From Candidatus Latescibacterota bacterium (GTDB taxonomy: Bacteria; Latescibacterota; UBA2968), in contig OZ242311.1 in assembly GCA_965207885.1 (NCBI GenBank), positions 1,216,001 through 1,280,000 of the forward strand: a stretch of DNA of 64,000 nucleotides, given 5' to 3'. This document shows positions 42,628 to 50,367 of this stretch, one piece after another. The notes beneath the pieces were generated by a model, which saw nothing but the letters and a program-made list of their open reading frames with translations, ran no database searches and was not told the DNA's origin. The translations under genes and the position numbers were made by a program. Numbering within the stretch: position 1 is the stretch's first letter; every line of letters starts with the position of its first letter.

Positions 42628-43443
42628 ATGTATCGACACTGTATTTGTATAGGCGTATTGATTCTTCTGAGCCTTCCCCTATGGTCACAACAGAACACCG
42701 GGGATAGTCTGCCTTCACCTGGAGAGACGTTTCAAGATTGCGACGAATGTCCAAAGATGGTGGTGATACCATCGGGAAGATTCACGATGGGGTCATCCAT
42801 TCGTGAGGGAGGTGATAGTAATGAAAGACCGATGCGCAGGGTGCGTATAGATTACCGGTTTGCGGTGGGTGTATATGAAGTGACCTTTGACGAATGGTAT
42901 GCCTGTGCAGATGCAGGTGGTTGTGGAAGCTATATTCCGGATGATAGGGGCTGGGGCCGCGGGAATCGTCCTGTGATCAATGTGAATTGGAAAGATGCGC
43001 AGTCTTATGTGCGTTGGCTGTCTGCCCGGACGGGTAAAAGGTATCGTTTATTGAGTGAATCGGAATGGGAGTATGTGGCACGGGCGGGCACAGAGACGGC
43101 GTATAGCTGGGGTGACAGCATCGGTGTCAACCGTGCCAGTTGCAATGGTTGCGGCAGTCAGTGGGATGGTGAGCAGACAGCACCAGTGGGATCATTTGAG
43201 GCAAATGCCTGGGACGTTCACGATATGCACGGCAATGTGTGGGAATGGGTGCAAGATTGCTATAATTACAGCTATAATGGCGCACCTTCAGACGGATCTG
43301 CGTGGGAGTCTGAGGACTGTAGCAATCACGTACAGCGTGGAGGTTCGTGGTACAACGGACCGGGGGACTTGCGTTCGGCGAATCGCGACAAGAGTTCCCT
43401 CCGGTACAGCGGCGACGGTTTTCGAGTTGCCCGGGATTTTTAG
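42628..43443 (+). CDS. Secreted FGE-sulfatase (SUMF1/C-type lectin fold) domain protein
   Basis: Signal peptide; CPKMVVIP.G.FTMGS, YEVTF, RLLSESEWEY.ARAG, DMHGNVWEW, RGGSW and GFRVAR; RBS AGGAG. Confidence 0.92.
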   Translation: MYRHCICIGVLILLSLPLWSQQNTGDSLPSPGETFQDCDECPKMVVIPSGRFTMGSSIREGGDSNERPMRRVRIDYRFAVGVYEVTFDEWYACADAGGCGSYIPDDRGWGRGNRPVINVNWKDAQSYVRWLSARTGKRYRLLSESEWEYVARAGTETAYSWGDSIGVNRASCNGCGSQWDGEQTAPVGSFEANAWDVHDMHGNVWEWVQDCYNYSYNGAPSDGSAWESEDCSNHVQRGGSWYNGPGDLRSANRDKSSLRYSGDGFRVARDF

Positions 43444-43598
43444 TTGCACCAAGACAGATTCGGAATTCGGCAACAGCATCTCAAACGGAGGAACTCCAGT
43501 TCCACGATAGAGAACTCAAAACGGTTGCATAATCATCACGGATGCGCTCAGCCCCATCCGCAACATTTGACAATATCTTAGCAATGGGAGGAAGCCCG

Positions 43599-44627
43599 AT
43601 GAATAATAATTCTTGGTACATTTATCTCTCGTACATTATGGCTACGTTTTTGGGAATAATCGTATGGCTTATCTTTAAAGAAATGTCCGTTATTTCGAAT
43701 ATCATATTAGTCTTAGTAAGTATCTCTGCGATATATTACATCATATATAGCCATCGTCACCTCGAGCTAAGGATGTCTAATGCATTACGTATATGGTTGT
43801 TGATTATGGTCTTTGCATGCTCGTTTTTTATTTGTTCAAAATTAAAAGAAGACTCAGTCGATATTATGTCTTTTGCTGTACCTATAATCTTAGGAATGAT
43901 AACTATAATTTTAGGATTGCTTACTGACCAAACAGTAGAAGCCATCAAAAATAAGGTTGCAGATACTCAAAAAGCTGTTGAAGACATCAATACTACAATG
44001 GAAAATGTCAACACTACAATGAAAAATATTAGGGAAAAGATGGATATTCCACCTTCTTCTCATAAGTCCAGATCCAATATAAGCTTGACAATTTTTTTCC
44101 TATTCTGCTCGGTTGTTATCTTGGTAATAGGATCTTTAACATTCTATAAAACGAACTCTATTCTAACAAGCGTAGAATTCGTACAAGAGACAGCAGATTC
44201 TATTCTCACGCAAAATGCTAAAATCCAAACAAGCGTAGAATCCGTACAAGAGACAGCAGATTCTATTCTCACGCAAAATGCTAAAATCCAAACAAGCGTA
44301 GAATCCGTACAAGAGACAGCAGACTCTATTCTCACGCAAAATACCAAAATCCAAACAAGCGTAGAATCCGTACAAGAGACAGCAGACTCTATTCTCACGC
44401 AAAACGCTAAAATCCAAACAAGCGTAGAATTCGTACAAGAGACAGCAGATTCTATTCTCACGCAAAATACCAAAATCCAAACAAGCGTAGAATCCGTACA
44501 AGAGACAGCAGACTCTATACAGACCAAAACAGACTCTATCCTTACAAAAGTCTCTGATCTTGAAACTGAGATTGATACTTTGAAAACGCAAATGCGAAGA
44601 CTATTGGCAAATATAGACAGTCTTTAG
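43599..44627 (+). CDS. Low-GC multi-TM membrane protein with C-terminal coiled-coil tandem repeats
   Basis: RBS GGAGG; about 5 hydrophobic segments; 21-aa repeat TSVESVQETADSILTQNAKIQ. Confidence 0.75.
   Translation: MNNNSWYIYLSYIMATFLGIIVWLIFKEMSVISNIILVLVSISAIYYIIYSHRHLELRMSNALRIWLLIMVFACSFFICSKLKEDSVDIMSFAVPIILGMITIILGLLTDQTVEAIKNKVADTQKAVEDINTTMENVNTTMKNIREKMDIPPSSHKSRSNISLTIFFLFCSVVILVIGSLTFYKTNSILTSVEFVQETADSILTQNAKIQTSVESVQETADSILTQNAKIQTSVESVQETADSILTQNTKIQTSVESVQETADSILTQNAKIQTSVEFVQETADSILTQNTKIQTSVESVQETADSIQTKTDSILTKVSDLETEIDTLKTQMRRLLANIDSL
44166..44519 (+). repeat. 63-bp near-perfect tandem repeat, 5 full units plus 1 partial
   Basis: Unit ACAAGCGTAGAAT(C/T)CGTACAAGAGACAGCAGA(T/C)TCTATTCTCACGCAAAA...AAAATCCAA starts at 44166, 44229, 44292, 44355, 44418 and 44481. 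Confidence 0.95.
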
Positions 44628-44640
44628 TGCATTGTAAAAA

Positions 44641-44815
44641 TGGAGTTCCCCGTTTTGTTGGAGTACAGAGTTCGGGTTTCAAGCCTGTGATTGATGCAGC
44701 TTTTCATAAACCATCGGCGCGTGATAGGCGATGGAAAAATGCCCACGATACGGATTATATCTTCCTTCAATGTATTCGAAGATGGCTAACCGAACTTCCT
44801 TACGCAGGCGGAAAC
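44641..44815 (-). pseudogene. IS3-family remnant (terminal inverted repeat plus transposase C-terminus)
   Basis: TGGAGTTCCCCGTTTTGTTGGA resembles the end of the intact IS at 45197. The minus frame encodes LAIFEYIEGRYNPYRGHFSIAY.AP..YEK, paralogous to the orfB C-terminus. Confidence 0.8.
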
Positions 44816-44926
44816 CGCAACTATCTGTGTTCATCGGCGGTTCTCGGTGGTTGTTTTTAAGGAGATAAATTAGGCAGAGAGTGTTCAGTAGTATTTTCGT
44901 TCTATTTTCACTGGGATTCTTCACAT

Positions 44927-45085
44927 TGTTGGATGGCGTTGGCCAATCATACTGAATGCTACTCCTGGCATCCCGGTCTTGCGAAGGACGAGACCGGGAC
45001 CTGGTCTGGCGAGTGTTCCGGCGGCTTGGTCCAAGGAAAGGAAACACGCATCAATAATCAGGTAAACCAATTTTCGTCTGGATGA
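44927..45085 (+). pseudogene. Fragment of a Cys/Trp-rich secreted-protein domain (MORN-protein-associated-like)
   Basis: Frame reads CWMALANHTECYSWHPGLAKDETGTWSGECSGGLVQGK, then stops; lies between two IS3 ends. Confidence 0.4.
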
Positions 45086-45201
45086 GACGGGCGACCATTT
45101 AAACGGAGATGGCGATTTAAAAAGGAGGACCTGCGATGCATTTGTACACCGTTTGAAATTTAATGGGACAAGTTCTATCACAAGAAAAGGAGGTATTGGA
45201 G

Positions 45202-46053
45202 TTACCCCGTTTTAGTGGATAGTGTAGAACTTTCAACCCCGTCACCTTTTGCCATCAGTTTTTCATAGGTGATGGGCGATTGGTACCTGATCGCAGAGTG
45301 TCTGCGGTGTGGGTTATACCACCCTTCAATATACTCGAAGATAGACAGTTTGGCCTGATTATGATTGGGGAAGCTATGCCGGTCTATCAACTCGCATTCA
45401 AGGGTAGCAAAGAAGCTTTCACACAAGGCATTGTCAAAGCAATCGCCAACCGATCCGACAGAGGGTTTGACCCCCATTCTTGCACAGCGTTGACCAAAGG
45501 CATAAGAGGTATATTGAGCGCCTTGATCTGAATGATGGATGACCCCATCTGGTCGTCGGTTCCAAAGTGCCATATCCAAGGCATCTAAGACCAGTTGGGT
45601 CTTCAGATGCGAGGCCATTGCCCAACCAACTACGCGTCTGGAGAAGGCGTCGAGAACAACAGAGAGATACAAAAAGCCAGACCAGGTTTTTATGTAGGTA
45701 ATATCAGCGACCCACAGCTTGTTGGGCTTATCAACCCTAAAGTCTCGCTTAACCAGATCAGGGGCTTTCTCGTCTGTGATAGACCGGTATGTAGTCAGGA
45801 TACCTTTTCTTCGGCTCACACCACATATATTGGCTTGTCGCATCAGTCTTGCGACCCGTTTCTTGCTGATGTGGACACCTACTTCGCGCAGATCCTGAAA
45901 GATACGCGGTGCGCCATAGGTTCCATTAGAACGCTGATGAAAGGTGCTTATTTGTTCTGTTAACTTTTCATCGTCCTTTGCCCGTTTAGATAAAGGTCTA
46001 TTACACCAGGCATAATACCCACTGGTGGAGACACCCAGCACGCGGCATAGCAT
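45202..46053 (-). CDS. IS3 transposase OrfB (DDE integrase core)
   Basis: YGAPRI, WVADITYI, HHSDQG.QY, DNA.CESFF.TLE.E and YN..RRHS motifs. Confidence 0.93.
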   Translation of the reverse strand: MLCRVLGVSTSGYYAWCNRPLSKRAKDDEKLTEQISTFHQRSNGTYGAPRIFQDLREVGVHISKKRVARLMRQANICGVSRRKGILTTYRSITDEKAPDLVKRDFRVDKPNKLWVADITYIKTWSGFLYLSVVLDAFSRRVVGWAMASHLKTQLVLDALDMALWNRRPDGVIHHSDQGAQYTSYAFGQRCARMGVKPSVGSVGDCFDNALCESFFATLECELIDRHSFPNHNQAKLSIFEYIEGWYNPHRRHSAIRYQSPITYEKLMAKGDGVESSTLSTKTG

Positions 46054-46082
46054 GGTGATCGGATGGATGGCCTGATGCGCCT

Positions 46083-46394
46083 TTATGTATCTGAAGATTT
46101 TGGGGGTATCGCATCGGTCTCCGCTGCGAACCAGGCCGCGGCTTTTGCAAGGATCTCACGCTCTTGACGCAAGCGTTTATTTTCTTTGCGAAGCCGCTGA
46201 AGTTCTTCTCGCTCACGACTGGTCAACCCATCGTCCCGACGGCCTTCATCGCGGTCTGCTTGACGCACCCAGGCACTGATCGTCTGAGCGGTCGGCTCAA
46301 ACTCTTTGGCCAAATCGCTGGCACTACGGCCTGATCTGACCAGCGCGACCATTTGCTGGCGAAATGCTGATGGATATGATCTTTTTCTTCCCAT
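46083..46394 (-). CDS. IS3 transposase OrfA (HTH)
   Basis: YPSAFRQQMV.LVRSG and LRKENKRLRQEREILAKAAAWFA; probably fused to OrfB by frameshift. Confidence 0.92.
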   Translation of the reverse strand: MGRKRSYPSAFRQQMVALVRSGRSASDLAKEFEPTAQTISAWVRQADRDEGRRDDGLTSREREELQRLRKENKRLRQEREILAKAAAWFAAETDAIPPKSSDT

Positions 46395-46449
46395 TGCGGA
46401 CTCCTTTCTCTGAAAGAGATAAGTTGTCCACTAAAACGGGTCAAGTCCA

Positions 46450-47306
46450 CTTGGTCTTTTTCAGAAGGACTGGCTCGTGTGAAATTTGGTGATAGGTATG
46501 GGTATATCAACCGTGAAGGACGATATGTTATCAACCTGCTATTTGACGATGCTGAGGATTTTTCAGACAGCCTAGCCGCTGTGAGCATTGGTGGCAAGAA
46601 GATCTATCTCGATACCCTCAAGAGTTTTATTATAATATCTGACAAGTGGGGGTATATCAACAGAGAAGGACAATATGTTATCAACCCCCAATTTGATGAT
46701 GCCAGGTCTTTTTCAGAAGGACTGGCTTTTGTGGAGAATGGTGACAAGGAGGGGTATATCAACAGAGAAGGACAATTGGTTATCAAACTGACATATGAAT
46801 ATGGCTGGGGTAGGGATTTTTCAGAAGGCCTGGCTCCTGTGTGGATAGGTAACAGTGACAGGTATGGGTATATCAATAAGGAGGGAAAATATGTTATCAT
46901 TCCCCAATTTGACGGTGCTGAAGCTTTTTCAGAAGGTCTGGCTCGTGTGAGTATTAGTTACAAGTATGGATATATCAACAGAGAAGGACAATATGTTATC
47001 AATCCCCAATTTTCCTCTGCTGAGTCTTTTTCAGAAGGCCTGGCTCCTGTGAAAATTGATGGCAAGTGGAGGCATATCAATAAGGAAGGACAAGTTGTCA
47101 TCAAACCCCAATTTGACTATGCTGGAACTTTTTCAGAAGGTTTGGATCCTGTAAAAATGGACAATAAGTGGGGGTATATCAACAAGGAAGGGCAAGTTGT
47201 CATCAAACCCCAATTTGATGATGCTGGGTCTTTTTCAGAAGGCCTGGCTCCTGTAAAAATTGGTGAAAAGTGGGGGTATATCAGTAAGGCGTCTTTTGAG
47301 AAATGA
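46450..47306 (+). pseudogene. WG (KWG/FSEGLA) repeat protein, 5'-truncated by IS3
   Basis: About 8 repeats of FSEGLA.V....K(W/Y)GYIN(R/K)EG..VI.PQF. The frame runs open up to the IS end (WSFSEGLARV) with no signal peptide or RBS. Confidence 0.85.
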
Positions 47307-47483
47307 TGGCGTTCCCCCCTTTTGGTTCTGAATCGCGGCTAAATTCAAACGTGCTTTATTAGGCGCGTTGACGCCACCCTCTTATCGCGTCACTCTGTTG
47401 CGTCTAACCTGCGTCTAAATTCATCGAGATCGGACACCTGTATCGCCACTACTTGAGGCGTGAGATGGGGGCATTTCAGGCAT

Positions 47484-47566
47484 CAATTGTCAGTTTCAAT
47501 AGAGACAATTTCCTACAATTGTCATTCTCAATAGCGACAACTTTCCGCAATTGTCTATCTCGATAG
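47484..47566. repeat. 32-bp-period tandem array of TTGTC-N12-GACAA palindromes
   Basis: CAATTGTC starts at 47484, 47516 and 47548. Units are caattgtcagtttcaatagagacaa, caattgtcattctcaatagcgacaa and caattgtctatctcgatag. Confidence 0.75.
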
Positions 47567-47729
47567 GTGTTTTGTCAAGAACACTTCCAACATCGCTCTT
47601 TTATCTAACGAGGTATCAGACGAATATCCAGACGACTGAATCGCCGTGCGGTGCAACTGCTTGAGGCATTGGAAATCGTCGATAGCGACAATGCGAGCAG
47701 ATAGTGGGTGTGACGCAGCGAGATCAAAT

Positions 47730-48044
47730 CTATTGCGATACGAGCATTTTGGCGAGATCGGATTTGGTAACGCCAAGCGCGAAGAGGGAACGTATCATTA
47801 GATCTACAGAAACAGAGGGATCGCCCGCTTCGATTTTGGCAACACGAGATTGACTGGATTTGAGGCATTCTGCCAGTTGTGTTTGGGTCAAATTTTCTCG
47901 CTCACGACATTGACGCACTTTCTTGCTCAACGTGATCTTGAGGTCAATATAGGCGGCTTCTTCGTCGGTCAGGTTCAGAAAATCGTCTGTTGAACCCACA
48001 CGCCATCCAGCAGCCTCGAGAAGTTTTTTCTTTTTTTTATTCAT
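47730..48044 (-). CDS. XRE-family HTH antitoxin
   Basis: LEAAGWRVGS..DFL.L and LTQTQLA..LKSSQSRVAKIEAGDPSVS.DL motifs. Confidence 0.88.
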   Translation of the reverse strand: MNKKKKKLLEAAGWRVGSTDDFLNLTDEEAAYIDLKITLSKKVRQCRERENLTQTQLAECLKSSQSRVAKIEAGDPSVSVDLMIRSLFALGVTKSDLAKMLVSQ

Positions 48045-48047
48045 GAG

Positions 48048-48383
48048 TCATCCTATCGAATCGTAGTGTAGTAGCCGTCTTTTACAAATATCAATGATTC
48101 TTTTGGGCGTCTGACGAGTCCTTTTTTTAAAAACTTCTGCTATGACGATGGCATCCGAATCAATGCGATAGATAATTCGCCAGGTCTCATTCTGATCCCG
48201 AACTCTCAATTCGTAACAATGCCTTCCTATGGAGGGCATTGGTCTGGCTTGAGGCATTGAAAGCAATTCACCGGCTTGAAGACTACGAAGAAGAAAACCC
48301 GCTTCGATTCTCGCCGCTGGAGAAAATGGGGGTGTCTTGATTTGTCCGTGAAGCCATACCAGAGGTTTGCCAGAAGGGCTCAT
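48048..48383 (-). CDS. RelE/ParE-superfamily toxin (Gp49-like)
   Basis: KPLVWLHG.IKTPPFS..AR.EAG.LLR, RPMPSIG..C.ELR, WRIIYRID and VFKK.TR.TP; toxin-first order. Confidence 0.88.
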   Translation of the reverse strand: MSPSGKPLVWLHGQIKTPPFSPAARIEAGFLLRSLQAGELLSMPQARPMPSIGRHCYELRVRDQNETWRIIYRIDSDAIVIAEVFKKRTRQTPKRIIDICKRRLLHYDSIG

Positions 48384-48390
48384 AAAAGAA

Positions 48391-48414
48391 ATATATGTCA
48401 AATATGACATATAT
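48391..48414. promoter_or_regulatory. Palindromic operator of the RelE-HTH TA module
   Basis: Perfect ATATATGTCA-aata-TGACATATAT, 8 bp upstream of the toxin ATG. Confidence 0.75.
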
Positions 48415-48695
48415 CAAAAGAGAAAATTTAACTGTGACAAATGCCTGATAGGAAAATGAAGGGAGAGTTCACCCGTTTTAATGGAAATCAATTCTGTTGT
48501 TTGTTCCACTGTCCGATGTTCAAGCCATGAAACGCGATCTAAAAAGTTAAGGCCAGAGGCTTTTTGGCCTCCGGCCAGAATTTCATCTATTACAGCGGAT
48601 GGTGCAATAACGCGAGAATACAATCGGGGCAATAGGTTGAGTTGCTTCACGCCCGCCAATGCAATGAGCGGACTGGAATCTGCGATCAGAAACAC
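48414..48695 (-). pseudogene. PIN-domain (DUF3368-like) toxin, 3'-truncated
   Basis: IADSSPLIALA...L.LL..LY..VI.P.AV.DE is present, but the later GE.EAI.LA and D..R motifs are absent. Confidence 0.7.
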
Positions 48696-48696
48696 G

Positions 48697-48948
48697 TCAT
48701 TTATAGCCAAATTCTGTATCGAGTTGATCATCATCCAGATCAACAACAGGGATGTTCAGTGTACTGACCTTTGCGAGAAACTCAGGCTTGCTTAAACCGG
48801 ATAATTCCGCTGCCTTTCCAGCAGAAATCCGGCGGAGTTCAAAGAATTTCAAAGCCAATAAAAAACGCGCTTCTCGTTCAAATACTTCGTGTTCTTGCCC
48901 GGTGATCAAGAGCAGATCTTCAGAATATGGGATATTCAATATTTTCAT
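48697..48948 (-). CDS. UPF0175-family antitoxin-like protein
   Basis: LALKFFE..RISAGKAAELSGLSK.EFL signature, directly upstream of a PIN gene. Confidence 0.85.
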   Translation of the reverse strand: MKILNIPYSEDLLLITGQEHEVFEREARFLLALKFFELRRISAGKAAELSGLSKPEFLAKVSTLNIPVVDLDDDQLDTEFGYK

Positions 48949-49189
48949 ATTTTACCCTGTCAGATCGGACATAAGACTAAAAAACATTTAGTTACTCGAA
49001 AATGACAACATCCCAATTATATCCAAAAGGCCCTGTATTATCAAGGGCTTCTTGTTCGGCGCCTTCCTCTCTACCCTGTTCAATGCCCTGTTCAAAACCT
49101 TCCTCTCTGCATTGCTGGGTAAAGGATTGAAAAAGAGATGATTCGCGGATGAGATCCATGTGGGCTTCTCTTTGTAAAGTGTTTTATAC

Positions 49190-49621
49190 TCACTGACCGT
49201 TTGTTGTATTCCCATTTTGATCTTCTAAGGCAGCGCGTATGGCTTCTATGTCAATATCCGGATGCATTTTTTTAACGATAGCAATGGTTTCCTCATGTCC
49301 TTTTCTTTGCCCATCCTGGAAGCGTTTTTCAAGATATCTTTCAGTCTCAGCACGAATTTTTTGAACTGGAACGATCATGAGATTTACCCCCTCTATAATG
49401 AAGAATGCCAAAGTGATAGCAGAGAGACCTATGGATCCTATGATACTGATTACCGTAATAATTGCATCGTAATCAGGTTCAGTAATTTTGCTCCAATTGT
49501 ACCAAAGGACCAGTGATAGAGAAGAGACAAAGAACAGTGCTGCTAAAGCTATCAGCCATGTTCTTTCTGTGTCTCCAGTGCTCCAAATCGACACCCTTTC
49601 TTCGTCTATTTTCTCCGCCAT
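49190..49621 (-). CDS. Hypothetical 2-TM membrane protein with charged C-terminal helix
   Basis: Two hydrophobic segments followed by YLEKRFQDGQRKGHEE. Confidence 0.6.
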   Translation of the reverse strand: MAEKIDEERVSIWSTGDTERTWLIALAALFFVSSLSLVLWYNWSKITEPDYDAIITVISIIGSIGLSAITLAFFIIEGVNLMIVPVQKIRAETERYLEKRFQDGQRKGHEETIAIVKKMHPDIDIEAIRAALEDQNGNTTNGQ

Positions 49622-50013
49622 TCTGTTGTGCCTTTTCTTTTCGCTCTATGTTCCCTATATAAGTATAGAAAAAATAGATTTCTAATGCAATATCGGCCTG
49701 GGTATGGTTTCAATGTCTGCCATAAGAGATGCCTCAGGTCTGAGAGTTGGTCGTATTTTGAACGAACGCAACAGTCAGAACTCAAGCAAATATCAGGCCA
49801 ATATCACAAAATTAAGCGATAAAAGAGGCTCGAAAGAAGTTCAGGAACCTTATTATGCTGTATTGCGCTATTGTTTACAACTTGAATTTGTGGATCGTCT
49901 GTTGACGCGGGGCTCAAGCGTTGGCGGCAAAAGTGTAAATTTTGAGCAATAAATGATTAGTATGGTGAAAGATATGTACTTCTCATCATGCCACGATGAC
50001 AGACAAAAATTAC

Positions 50014-50044
50014 TGGATCGCGGCTAACCCCCTGCCGCGATGAC
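50014..50044 (+). repeat. REP-like GC hairpin
   Basis: TGG-ATCGCGGC-taaccccct-GCCGCGAT-GAC (8-bp stem), intergenic. Confidence 0.55.
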
Positions 50045-50284
50045 GAGAGTTGGAGACTGCTCAATACCATGTCGCGATAACGGCTCTGGTGATCGACAGG
50101 TTGCTCCAAATCTGAATGAAAAAGCTCAAAACCCTGTATGCCTACTGGTATCAATAGATTTTTACTCGCTCCGCAGGGAATCCACAGGATTAGCTCCCGC
50201 AGTTCTAACTGCCTGCCATCCCACCATCATTAAATCATTCCTCAAAAAATAGATCAAGTCAACACTTTTTCTACTGCAAAGTTC

Positions 50285-50313
50285 TTGTGTACTCAACGAC
50301 AGTGTTTTATAAT
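50285..50313 (+). promoter_or_regulatory. Sigma70 promoter of the larA-like gene
   Basis: TTGTGT-17 bp-TATAAT. Confidence 0.6.
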
Positions 50314-50367
50314 GTGCTTCATCAAACGAGCCCCTAATCTAACCGCACAAAAACAAAAGAGGCCGCT

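Larger units (their letters stand above)
41275..43545. mobile_element. Putative non-autonomous cassette bounded by imperfect inverted repeats
   Basis: Left end GGATCTGTGA..AACCGTTTTGAG (41275-41307). Right end reverse complement GCATCCGTGA..AACCGTTTTGAG (43515-43545). The 12-bp core is exact. No transposase inside and no target duplication. Confidence 0.4.
45197..46449 (-). mobile_element. IS3-family insertion sequence, about 1.25 kb
   Basis: Terminal IRs TGGAGTTACCCCGTTTTAGTGGA and (reverse complement) TGGACTTGACCCGTTTTAGTGGA; orfA/orfB layout; no flanking direct repeat. Confidence 0.93.

Noticed and set aside
44166-44519. 63-bp repeat as a CRISPR array
   Set aside because: Units are contiguous with no unique spacers, stay in frame inside a CDS, and no cas genes are present.
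42628-47306. Complete DGR or retron system in the island
   Set aside because: No reverse transcriptase ORF, template repeat or avd-like gene was found on either strand in this window.
47400-47610. RYYYAAC sites (GTCTAAC, ATCTAAC) as integron attC
   Set aside because: No matching downstream GTTRRRY or long imperfect palindrome, and no integron integrase.
47567-47705. HigB-like toxin remnant (RRISRRLNRRAVQLLEALE)
   Set aside because: Too short, interrupted by a stop and has no start; the similarity is not convincing.
49628-50252. Several 64-82 aa ORFs at the right end of the island
   Set aside because: No RBS or recognisable motifs, and overlapping frames; probably decayed sequence.
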